DNA of 64,000 bases from Thermoplasmatota archaeon (GTDB taxonomy: Archaea > Thermoplasmatota > Thermoplasmata > UBA10834), in the NCBI GenBank assembly GCA_040751795.1, contig JBFMHR010000003.1, positions 13,586 through 77,585 on the forward strand. The letters are read 5' to 3'. A program made the position numbers and the translations under genes. Below, in pieces: positions 30,976-38,909 of this stretch. Numbering within the stretch: position 1 is the first letter of the stretch; each line of letters opens with the position of its first letter. The notes beneath the pieces were generated by a model. It made no database searches. It saw only the letters and a list, made by a program, of their open reading frames with translations, and was not told the origin of the DNA.

Positions 30976-31365
30976 GGTTCTGGTGCATTAGCGGGTGTTG
31001 GCCGTCCGCTGTTTGTCCGCTGTTTCTTTTCGGGTGCTGGCTAGCTTCAATAACTCGTGCCATTTGAAGCCCTTTAGAGGGGGCAGATCGGCGGCCTCTC
31101 CAGGGGTCTTTCCTAGTGTCTGATGCGTCCGCACCATGTCGTAGTGCACTCTCCACCCGTCCATCAGGGCGGCTGCGCCCGTCTCTCCGTCGAAGGCCCT
31201 CATGACCTTGGTTCGGGACTTCTCCGAGCCGTGGAGCCTCTCGATCTTGTTGTTGTTCTTCTCCGCCCTGATGCTCTCGACCAGGACATGCGGGTTCTTG
31301 TGGCCCGTGCCAAGCTCGCGCCTGATGGCCTTCGGGTAGCCTGGAGGCAACGTCGTCGGGCATAA
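30976..31365 (-). mobile_element. IS6-family insertion sequence remnant: terminal repeat plus 3' portion of the DDE transposase gene (5'-truncated)
   Basis: The end GGTTCTGGTGCA resembles IS6-type termini (IS26: GGCACTGTTGCAAA). Translation ...YPKAIRRELGTGHKNPHVLVESIRAEKNNNKIERLHGSEKSRTKVMRAFDG...VHYDMVRTHQTLGKTPGEAA contains the NNxIE region and the C-terminal YN..RPH..L-like block. The N-terminal catalytic half is missing. Confidence 0.7.
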
Positions 31366-31370
31366 TGTCG

Positions 31371-32162
31371 TCATCTCAAAGCCCACCGCAACACTTCCGA
31401 CAATACCGTCAGTCCAATAGGAATGAGGATGTACGCCACAGCTGTCCAAAGCCGCTTCTTCCATACGTCTCCTATCCTACTATGCTCAGGGCCAGTTACG
31501 AGTTCGACTCTTGGATAGAGGTTTTCAAACCGTTTAACAAAAGATGGCATTGCATATATCGCTGCGATGAAGAACACAAGGAAGAGAAACCAGAATGCGT
31601 TGCTATCCCACTCTGCATCCTCAGTGAGCTTGGTCAATATCACGATTGTATTCGTGAAGAGATAAGCGAACACTAGCGGCAATAATGTAATCATGCAGAA
31701 TCGTCTTAGCTTTGTAAATTTCACCTGCGGCTTTGCGTCTCCGATTATCTTCTCTAGAGTACCCCGAATGCCATTTACCCAGATGTCCTGGCTACCTGTA
31801 ACGGATATTACATTGTTTGTGTCGGTATCAGAACCATGTTCCAGCCGGATAGAAATGGTCTTATTCTCATCCTTATTCTCAAATACCATTTCTACATAGA
31901 CAATCCTCTTGTCATAGAGCCGTCCTCCTTCTGCGAAGACCCCTGCGTCGTCACATTCGTATTGCGTCCCGTCCGAACTTCGAAGAATGTATTTCCTCGT
32001 CGGTACTGTCCTTGTCGGTGGATACACAACAACAGGGTCATCGGGGTCAGCTTCCTCGGCAGTTTTCAGATATTCTGCCTCAATGACCTCTGCCAACTTC
32101 CTAATGTCGCCAATCGTGAATATCCTGTCAGAAATCCTGTATGGTGGCGGGGTGATCTTCAT
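31371..32162 (-). CDS. hypothetical protein: ~150-aa soluble N-domain plus three or four C-terminal TM helices
   Basis: 263 aa in AT-richer DNA. AGGAGG upstream of the ATG. TM segments FCMITLLPLVFAYLFTNTIVIL, AFWFLFLVFFIAAIYAM, LWTAVAYILIPIGLTVL. No family recognised. Confidence 0.6.
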   Translation of the reverse strand: MKITPPPYRISDRIFTIGDIRKLAEVIEAEYLKTAEEADPDDPVVVYPPTRTVPTRKYILRSSDGTQYECDDAGVFAEGGRLYDKRIVYVEMVFENKDENKTISIRLEHGSDTDTNNVISVTGSQDIWVNGIRGTLEKIIGDAKPQVKFTKLRRFCMITLLPLVFAYLFTNTIVILTKLTEDAEWDSNAFWFLFLVFFIAAIYAMPSFVKRFENLYPRVELVTGPEHSRIGDVWKKRLWTAVAYILIPIGLTVLSEVLRWALR

Positions 32163-32402
32163 AATCGTTGATTCCTCCTTCGACTATCCACGTCGAAATA
32201 CTATAGTGAGCTTATGAATGTAATTCATGAATCATCTGGTCATGCTTGATTTCGCTGGATTCCGCCCACCACCCAAATTGCCACGCTCAGGCGGGGCCGT
32301 CAGACCACCCTCCGATTTGCTCCAGAACCTCAGCCTCGGGCATTGTCATCTTGAGTGTGATAGCCAGACCACGTCTGGTATGACGAATTTCTTACGAGTT
32401 CG

Positions 32403-33338
32403 CTACTCAGCTGAGTACTTGTATCGAAGGTCGACCAGAATCCTGTCATAGAGGTTAGAGGCACTCTCGAGGTATGCCGAGGCGGCAAGGGCTTTTCCCC
32501 TCAGTTCTTCTGAATGGAGGGCAGTAACAAGACCTGGTACCCTGATCTTCTTGCCATCGAGATTGCTGATCACGAAAGGTCGGTCGCCACCCCATATCAA
32601 AGTGTTGAAATAATCCTTCTGAGGTGATTGGCTTTGGTGCTCCGTGAGATGCTTGTACATTGTGAAGACCACGCTGCGCACAATCTCGGTCTGGTCATCC
32701 GGCTTCGTGCGTTCTACATCCACTCCTTTCGCAATCTCATAGGCTTCGGTGGCAAAGTCGTTGAAATTCCTGATGAACGAGACTGATTCCTTCTCCAGCT
32801 CATCCATCATATTGACAAGGTTTCCGTCGAGGTACTGCATGTCTTTCTGACGATCTGGCGTGATGTGCTTCCGCCACGCTGTCACAAGTCCCTCGGGAAT
32901 CTTCCCGTCTTCAAACCGAAGATTGCCAGCTCTGATTCTGACAACTGTGCTAGGCATCATAGAGGTCTTGTACTTGACAAAAGCTTCCTGGGCAGCAGCA
33001 CTCAACTTCCCGTCCTCCTGCCTTAGGACTGATGCACGGTTTCGAAGGCTGACCGCCTTTCTATCAGCCGATAAAGTACACCACAGCGCGGAACACCACA
33101 ACATTATCATTGAGAAGAAGGTGAGCGCCGATGCGACAACGGCTATCTGCCTGAAGGGCTCGCCCTCCGGTGCATACGCGAGACTCGTTAGGAGGGCTAC
33201 GAGAACCACAATAATCACAGTTGGCAGCCCCTTCAGGAGACTCATCCATATCTCCCTGTGAGTTTCGAGGTCTTGAATGTCTTGATTGGATTGCCTAAGT
33301 TCCTCATTGAGACCTGCAAGCCTTCCGCCCACAACCAT
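32403..33338 (-). CDS. hypothetical protein: N-terminal helix plus 2 TM hairpin, ~200-aa soluble C-domain
   Basis: 311 aa in AT-richer DNA. TMs LPTVIIVVLVALLTSLAYA and IAVVASALTFFSMIMLWCSALWC. No family recognised. Confidence 0.6.
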   Translation of the reverse strand: MVVGGRLAGLNEELRQSNQDIQDLETHREIWMSLLKGLPTVIIVVLVALLTSLAYAPEGEPFRQIAVVASALTFFSMIMLWCSALWCTLSADRKAVSLRNRASVLRQEDGKLSAAAQEAFVKYKTSMMPSTVVRIRAGNLRFEDGKIPEGLVTAWRKHITPDRQKDMQYLDGNLVNMMDELEKESVSFIRNFNDFATEAYEIAKGVDVERTKPDDQTEIVRSVVFTMYKHLTEHQSQSPQKDYFNTLIWGGDRPFVISNLDGKKIRVPGLVTALHSEELRGKALAASAYLESASNLYDRILVDLRYKYSAE

Positions 33339-33394
33339 TGAACCGAGAACTACGAAGTTGGTGATTAAACTGACTCAGCGAACAGTCCACTGAA

Positions 33395-33513
33395 TGGAGT
33401 CTCCCCCAACCATTCTCAAATGGGCAGATAAAACCGGCCTTCTCTGCGAGGGGCAGTCCACCCAGCACAGAGTGTCTCCTCAAGAAGTTGTACTGAATCA
33501 CGGAAGAAGGCAC
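33395..33513 (-). pseudogene. relic of a second transposase C-terminus
   Basis: ...VIQYNFLRRHSVLGGLPLAEKAGFICPFENGW parallels the C-terminal block of the IS6-like fragment (VHYDMVRTHQTLGKTPGEAADLPPLKGFKW). There is no upstream catalytic region. Confidence 0.4.
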
Positions 33514-33547
33514 CTTGTCATGACAATCCTCAAATAGCGCACAACAG

Positions 33548-34090
33548 ATGGATTCCTCTGGAGGAGGTGGTATGCAAGCCTCTAGTCTTAGTCTTGAGAA
33601 GAGAGGATTCTGGGAAGCATCGAGGGAGGCCTACAGGTTCATTCTGGCTATGGCCATCCTGATCATCTTCGGGATGTTGCTGGTAGCCACCATGGCGGGA
33701 GGATATACTGACCCGACGGTCATTGCGGGCATGTTCAGCGGCTGGATAGTAGCCATCATTGGCTTCTACTTCATGGATGAAGTGTCTGCTCGGTCTACGT
33801 CCGAAGAGGTCAAGCGAGCAGTCCAGAGCCAATACGACGATGCATTCGCAGCGCACGAGGAGAACCTAAGGGCAAAAGACACCGTCATACAGCGGTTGAA
33901 GGACGAGCTAGTCACTCTATCCTATGACTGTGCCAGGGCCAAGAAGGAGCGGGATGAAATCATAAACCAGCAGAAGGAGGCTCTCGAGAAGCTGATAAAC
34001 GAGGTCGAGGAACGACGAGCATTTGCGAAGCAATTCTCAGACATGCTAACTCAGCTTGGCCCGAAGCCAGAGAGTGTGAAGGAGGGATAG
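33548..34090 (+). CDS. hypothetical 2-TM protein with C-terminal coiled coil
   Basis: 180 aa. TMs FILAMAILIIFGMLLVATMAG and IAGMFSGWIVAIIGFYFM, then a heptad-rich tail (LRAKDTVIQRLKDELV...EKLINEVEERRAF). Confidence 0.6.
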   Translation: MDSSGGGGMQASSLSLEKRGFWEASREAYRFILAMAILIIFGMLLVATMAGGYTDPTVIAGMFSGWIVAIIGFYFMDEVSARSTSEEVKRAVQSQYDDAFAAHEENLRAKDTVIQRLKDELVTLSYDCARAKKERDEIINQQKEALEKLINEVEERRAFAKQFSDMLTQLGPKPESVKEG

Positions 34091-34114
34091 ATCCTTTCCA
34101 AGGAAAGGTGTGAG

Positions 34115-34375
34115 GTGCTGTCTATGGCAGAGGAGAAGGAAACCCTGAAGCAAAAGGTTACCCGTTTCGAGGAATGGCTTGAAGAGATTGACAAGCAGAA
34201 CCAGGTCAACTTCGAGGAATTGAAGCTGGTGCTCAAGCGAAAACCGTCTGAAGATGACTCATGTGCCGATGTCAGACTGGCTGTTCAGCAGACAGTTGCC
34301 AGGGCAACTGAGGATAGTGTCAGGATAGACAACGAATCCAGGGAGAGATTGAGGAAGGTCAAGAGGGCGTTCTGA
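34115..34375 (+). CDS. hypothetical small coiled-coil protein
   Basis: 86 aa, charged and helical, 24 nt after the previous gene on the same strand. Confidence 0.45.
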   Translation: MLSMAEEKETLKQKVTRFEEWLEEIDKQNQVNFEELKLVLKRKPSEDDSCADVRLAVQQTVARATEDSVRIDNESRERLRKVKRAF

Positions 34376-34416
34376 ACTTCAATCGAGCTCTGTCCACTGC
34401 TGCGTCCAATGATGTC

Positions 34417-34713
34417 CTACGAACTCAACCACGCTGACAGGAACTCGAGGTAGTCCTGGGAGTTCTTGCCGAACGAGTGGTTCTCCACCGACTCCATGAG
34501 CCTGTCGACGCAGTTCACCATGGCCCTGTCCGACCACTTCTTCTCCGCCGCCACGACCCTCACGACGTTGAACAGCGTCCAGGGGAGGATGGTGTAGTCC
34601 TTAACCGTGTCCTCGCCGACGAGGATTCTCCGGAGGCTCTTGAGGGCCTTGAGCACATCGCTGTCGGTCATCGATGGATCGAGCTCGTAGAGTTCTAGGA
34701 TTGTTGACTCCAT
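34417..34713 (-). CDS. hypothetical protein (98 aa)
   Basis: Start taken at MESTILELYELDP... (34713). The upstream part of the listed ORF is low-complexity and overlaps the IS end. Confidence 0.45.
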   Translation of the reverse strand: MESTILELYELDPSMTDSDVLKALKSLRRILVGEDTVKDYTILPWTLFNVVRVVAAEKKWSDRAMVNCVDRLMESVENHSFGKNSQDYLEFLSAWLSS

Positions 34714-34868
34714 TCCCCAGTAGACCGGGGCATACTTCCCCCAATGGCTCCTGCTCACGCCACGTTCATGGGGCGAGCTGTTGAAGATGCTTTCGGATAC
34801 CGTGCCATGATCTCCTTCTTGAGCAGTTCGCGGATGTTGTGGAGGGTGACCCTCAGCCTGAGCTCCCT

Positions 34869-34998
34869 GGTTCTGGTGCATCAACGGGCAGTGGCAGTCC
34901 GCTGTTTGTCCGCTGTTTCTTTTCGGGTGCTGGCTAGCTTCAGAAGCTCATGCCATTTGAAGCCCTTCGGAGGGGGCAGGTCGGCGGCCTCTCCGGGG
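34869..34998 (-). repeat. second, shorter copy of the IS6-type end (direct repeat of 30976-31105)
   Basis: Same GGTTCTGGTGCA terminus. Near-identical ...GTCCGCTGTTTGTCCGCTGTTTCTTTTCGGGTGCTGGCTAGCTTCA...TGCCATTTGAAGCCCTT...GGGGGCAG.TCGGCGGCCTCTCC. Encodes only the last ~35 codons (PGEAADLPPPKGFKWHELLKLASTRKETADKQRTATAR*). Confidence 0.75.
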
Positions 34999-35008
34999 CC
35001 GGATGCGG

Positions 35009-36451
35009 TCAGATCGAGAGCATGTATTCCTTCGGGATCGAGACGATGTTATCTTCCGGGAACACGGAGAGCTCGTTCTCGGATATCAGGACCCCGTACT
35101 TCGGCCGGACCTTCTTAGCCGTCCTGATGATCTGTCCCTTCCCCTTGGTCCCGTACCCCACCTCGATGACTATCTCCTCACCGCTCGAGAGCCTGACGAT
35201 GAAGTCTGCGCCCCCTTCGCGCGCGTCGTGGAAGAAGTCGAGCCAGTTCTCCGTCCCCCGCAGCCTGAACAGGGATGCCGAGACCGCCTCCTCGAGGAGG
35301 CGGCCGTGTACCTCAGGGGTGTGAGCGAACTTGCCCACGAGGTGCAGCAGCGCCGCCTTGACCACCGGGGCGTTGAACTTGTACTTCGGGGACTTGCTGA
35401 TCCCGCTCGAGACGGAGCCATAGGGCCTGATCGGATAGATGACCTCGGACTTGATCAACACGTCCAGGACCTCGCTCAGGGCGGACCTGGATATCTTGAC
35501 CTTCTGGCTCAGCGACTCGTAGCTGCACTTCCCATTGACGGCGAACAGCAGGAGGATGTTGAATATCTTGTCCAGGGTCTCCTTGTCGAAGTTCTGGATG
35601 GCGGGTATGTCGGAGTTGACGATCTTCGACAGCGAGTCGAGGACGCGGCCGAACACGTCCTCCTCCTCCGAGAAGGGGATCGCGAACGGGAGCGTCCCGA
35701 CGGTCAGGAACGTCTCGACCTCGTAGGGCTTGATCGATGACCAGTAGCGGTCGACCTCCCCCTTCATCCCCCTCAGGCTCTCGTAAGCCTCGATGGCGTC
35801 CTTCGAGCGGAATATGGCGCCCTCTATCCTCTCCTTCAGGTTCCTCGTCTGGGTCACCTTGTGCTTCAGGGTCATGTACTCGGGGAAGTTCAGGGGGTAC
35901 AGCCTCTCCTTCCTCGCCCGCCTCGCCGCGTCGGAGCTGCTCTGCAGAGAGAGGGCTGACGACCCGGTGGTGATCATGAAGACCCTCCTGGTGCGGTCGA
36001 AGACGGCCTTCTGCGCGACCGCCCAGTTCCTATCATAGTGGGCCTCGTCGACCAGGAGGAAGTGGTTGCCAGAGAGGTCCTCGAGGCTGGTGTTCATGAG
36101 GGACTCGTAGGCCCTGACGACGCCGTTCAGGTCCGCGCCTATCAGCCTGGTGACCTGGTCCATCGAGACGTATAGTATGTTCTGCTGGGGCACCCCCTGC
36201 TGCGCCAGATGGAAGTACAATTGGGCCAGCAGAGTGGTCTTGCCCGTCCCCCGGAGGCCGGAGAAGACCACCCACCTGTCCTCCGAGCGTCCGCTCAGAT
36301 AGCCGTCCAGGAGCGTCCTGAAGCGATAGTAGGCCCATCGCCAGTAGATGCGGTTCCCTCCGGCGTCGAGGGTGTAGTTGCCCAGCATGGTCGGTGCGAG
36401 GGACACCCGGCTGCGGACGTGGTCCATCAGCAGGGGCGATACTTCCATCAC
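35009..36451 (-). CDS. AAA+ ATPase of the AAA_14/DUF4143 (COG1373) type
   Basis: 480 aa. Walker A GLRGTGKTTL, Walker B FLLVDEAHY, long C-terminal DUF4143-like region. Confidence 0.8.
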   Translation of the reverse strand: MMEVSPLLMDHVRSRVSLAPTMLGNYTLDAGGNRIYWRWAYYRFRTLLDGYLSGRSEDRWVVFSGLRGTGKTTLLAQLYFHLAQQGVPQQNILYVSMDQVTRLIGADLNGVVRAYESLMNTSLEDLSGNHFLLVDEAHYDRNWAVAQKAVFDRTRRVFMITTGSSALSLQSSSDAARRARKERLYPLNFPEYMTLKHKVTQTRNLKERIEGAIFRSKDAIEAYESLRGMKGEVDRYWSSIKPYEVETFLTVGTLPFAIPFSEEEDVFGRVLDSLSKIVNSDIPAIQNFDKETLDKIFNILLLFAVNGKCSYESLSQKVKISRSALSEVLDVLIKSEVIYPIRPYGSVSSGISKSPKYKFNAPVVKAALLHLVGKFAHTPEVHGRLLEEAVSASLFRLRGTENWLDFFHDAREGGADFIVRLSSGEEIVIEVGYGTKGKGQIIRTAKKVRPKYGVLISENELSVFPEDNIVSIPKEYMLSI

Positions 36452-36754
36452 AGTATGTTATATCATACCATAAGATAATGATTATGTATCGCTGTAGACT
36501 ACTCTTAGTGCGACAACACCTATAGCGAGCGATGTACGCCCATGCGCGGTATGGCTCCTCAGTCAGTCTCTCCAGGGCCGATGGATGGAGTGAGTATCCC
36601 CTTGGAGGGGGATACTTACACCGACTCCCGTGTCGGTCCCGTGGCGTTGCCTCGGCAATCAGCCACCAGACCCCGGGGACCGGAGAGCATCTGGAACCGG
36701 CGGCCGACTGATGCCGCGGTGGCCGTGTTCCTTCCGAGCGAGAAATAGAGGTTT

Positions 36755-36779
36755 CGAGAGGGGCCGCCCACCCCTCTCG
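36755..36779 (-). terminator. GC-rich hairpin downstream of the peptidase gene, flanked by a 10-nt direct repeat
   Basis: CGAGAGGGG-CCGCCCA-CCCCTCTCG between two copies of TAGAGGTTTC (36746-36755, 36786-36795). On the minus strand it is followed by TATTTCT. Confidence 0.4.
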
Positions 36780-36795
36780 CTGTCGTAGAGGTTTC

Positions 36796-38010
36796 TCAGT
36801 TGTAGTCGTTGAGGAACGCCCACCAACCCATGTCGATGGCCCAGGCGACCTCGGTGTACGCGTCGGCGTACATGTCCCAATCGCCGCCCACACCCCACCA
36901 CAGGGTGAGGCCGTGGCACGCCGCGGCGCCGGGCCCGTTGTCGAAGGCTAGGACCGCGTCGTCTATGGCGACGATCATCGCGGACGTCAAGGTCCTCAAC
37001 GTGGTGTCCTTGATCTTCGCGTCGGCGAGCAGCCACTCGCCCAGGTCGGCCATGTCCACGTGCTCGGATGTCGCCCATGCGCAGTAGGCGCTGCTGAGCG
37101 CGTACTTGTAGTTCTTCTTGTACAGGGCCAGGTCCGTGTGCATCCTCGCGCACCAGGCGTCGAACACCGAGGCCTGGGCACCTATGCTCGCGACGTCCAC
37201 TGCCGACAGGGCGACGGTCTGCGCCCAGTTCAGCGGGTCGTAGTACGCCGCCCATCCGGCGACCATGTCCACCGCGACCTGGTCCGGGGTCCTCGCCGCG
37301 TTGCTCGCGAGCGGCGCGAACATCAGGTCGTACGGGAAGCCGTTCATCGGGATGGTCTCCTCGGACGCGACCATGTTGTCCACCATGCCCGTCAGCGAGA
37401 CCTGGTAGACGACCTCGATCGCCGCCATGTTGCAGCAGTCGAACGACAGCACGTCGATGTGCACACCGGCGTTCACGAGCGACGCCTGCAGCTCGGGCAT
37501 CGTGATCTTGTCGCCGGAGGTCTGGTCGTTGCTGAAGTACCTCCACGCGTAGCCGTGGTCGGACGCCGTCACGACCAGGTTCTCGGACGGATATAGGGTC
37601 GTGACCTCGGTCAGGAACCACGCGAAGGTCGCGCCGTCGCCGAAGTTCATCTCGGGATACGTGTTCACAACCGTCACCGTCCCGCCCTCGATCTCCATGA
37701 GCTCGATGGTCTGCGTGCTCATCCTGTCCAGCACGGCGACGATCTCGAAGTCGTCGCTGGCAGGTATGTTCAGCAGGGCCGGGAGGCTGTACTCGTCCCA
37801 GTACCTCTCGAGGTCGTTGTCGCCGTTGTAGTAGACTGCGAGCGTCCACGGGACCGGGTCCTGCGCCCTCGCGTTGCCCACGAGCAGCATGCCCGGGGCG
37901 ACGAGGACTACTGCGGTCAGAATACCTAGGCACAATCTGGCTTTGTGTCCCCTCGTTGCAATACCCCCATCAGAGGACCAGCTGCCTTGACAGTTGTGAA
38001 GGTCCCCCAC
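36796..38010 (-). CDS. secreted clostripain-like (C11 family) cysteine peptidase
   Basis: Signal-like N-terminus. Catalytic His block VVTASDHGYAW and Cys block VLSFDCCNMAAIEV in the C11 order and spacing. Confidence 0.75.
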   Translation of the reverse strand: MGDLHNCQGSWSSDGGIATRGHKARLCLGILTAVVLVAPGMLLVGNARAQDPVPWTLAVYYNGDNDLERYWDEYSLPALLNIPASDDFEIVAVLDRMSTQTIELMEIEGGTVTVVNTYPEMNFGDGATFAWFLTEVTTLYPSENLVVTASDHGYAWRYFSNDQTSGDKITMPELQASLVNAGVHIDVLSFDCCNMAAIEVVYQVSLTGMVDNMVASEETIPMNGFPYDLMFAPLASNAARTPDQVAVDMVAGWAAYYDPLNWAQTVALSAVDVASIGAQASVFDAWCARMHTDLALYKKNYKYALSSAYCAWATSEHVDMADLGEWLLADAKIKDTTLRTLTSAMIVAIDDAVLAFDNGPGAAACHGLTLWWGVGGDWDMYADAYTEVAWAIDMGWWAFLNDYN

Positions 38011-38304
38011 TCGCCGCCGTATCGGCTACTGACTACTTGTACGTATCACCCTGGTGCGTGCCACGTCCAGGAGGCCGGTTCCTCCCCGTCGCCGCGCGTC
38101 CCGCCCCGACCTCGCCGGACCGAGGGGCGGCGCGCCCCGAGCCATGCTGGCCAACGCCCTTCGGCACTCGACGACACGAGTGCCAGTCATCGCCGTCTCG
38201 GGGGAAAACCATGCGGCCGGGGCCGATGGGCCGCGAAAACATCGACACGCACAGAAGCCAGATGGCTCAAGAATGGGCATCGGGGGGCGCTCTGGCCCGG
38301 GAAA

Positions 38305-38328
38305 CCTATTTAAATACCTATTTAAATA
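38305..38328 (+). promoter_or_regulatory. tandemly duplicated TATA box upstream of tbp
   Basis: CCTATTTAAATA CCTATTTAAATA is a perfect 12-bp tandem repeat. Each TATTTAAATA is palindromic. The proximal copy ends 22 nt before ATG 38351. Confidence 0.6.
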
Positions 38329-38350
38329 CCCTTAGTGCCGGTGAGATTTT

Positions 38351-38899
38351 ATGGCAGTCATCAAGATAGAGAACGTCGTCGCCTCGACGTCTCTCGGGGG
38401 GGAGCTGGATCTCCAGGCAATCGCTCTCGCGCTGGACGGCGCGGAGTACGAGCCGGAGCAGTTCCCAGGGCTGATATACAGACTGAAGGAACCGAAGACC
38501 GCCACGCTGCTCTTCAGGAGCGGCAAGGTCGTCTGCACGGGCGCGAAGAGCCTCGAGCAGGTGAAGACCGCGATCAGCAAGGTCGCCAAGCAGATCGAGG
38601 CGGCCGGGATCGTGATCAAGGTCGAGCCGAAGATCGAGGTCCAGAACATAGTCGCGTCGAGCGACCTGGGCGCCCAGATCAACCTGAACGCCATAGCCAT
38701 AAGCCTCGGCCTGGAGAAGGTCGAGTACGAGCCGGAGCAGTTCCCCGGACTCGTCTACAGGATCGACTCCCCGAAGGTCGTGGTGCTCCTGTTCGGCAGC
38801 GGCAAGCTCGTCTGCACGGGCGCAAGGAAGCCCGAGGACGTCGAGGCCGCGGTCGACAAGATAACCGAGGAGCTCAAGGCGGCCGGTCTCCTGAAGTGA
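38351..38899 (+). CDS. tbp: TATA-box binding protein
   Basis: 182 aa with two direct repeats (IENVVASTSLGGELDLQAIA...FPGLIYRL / VQNIVASSDLGAQINLNAIA...FPGLVYRI). Confidence 0.95.
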   Translation: MAVIKIENVVASTSLGGELDLQAIALALDGAEYEPEQFPGLIYRLKEPKTATLLFRSGKVVCTGAKSLEQVKTAISKVAKQIEAAGIVIKVEPKIEVQNIVASSDLGAQINLNAIAISLGLEKVEYEPEQFPGLVYRIDSPKVVVLLFGSGKLVCTGARKPEDVEAAVDKITEELKAAGLLK

Positions 38900-38909
38900 A
38901 GCCCTGCCC

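Noticed and set aside
32163-32402. ORF 32227-32451 (+) and a 20-codon minus-strand ORF (MTMPEAEVLEQIGGWSDGPA) in the spacer between the two island membrane-protein genes.
   Set aside because: They are too short and featureless to call. The plus-strand ORF overlaps the 3' end of the 311-aa gene.
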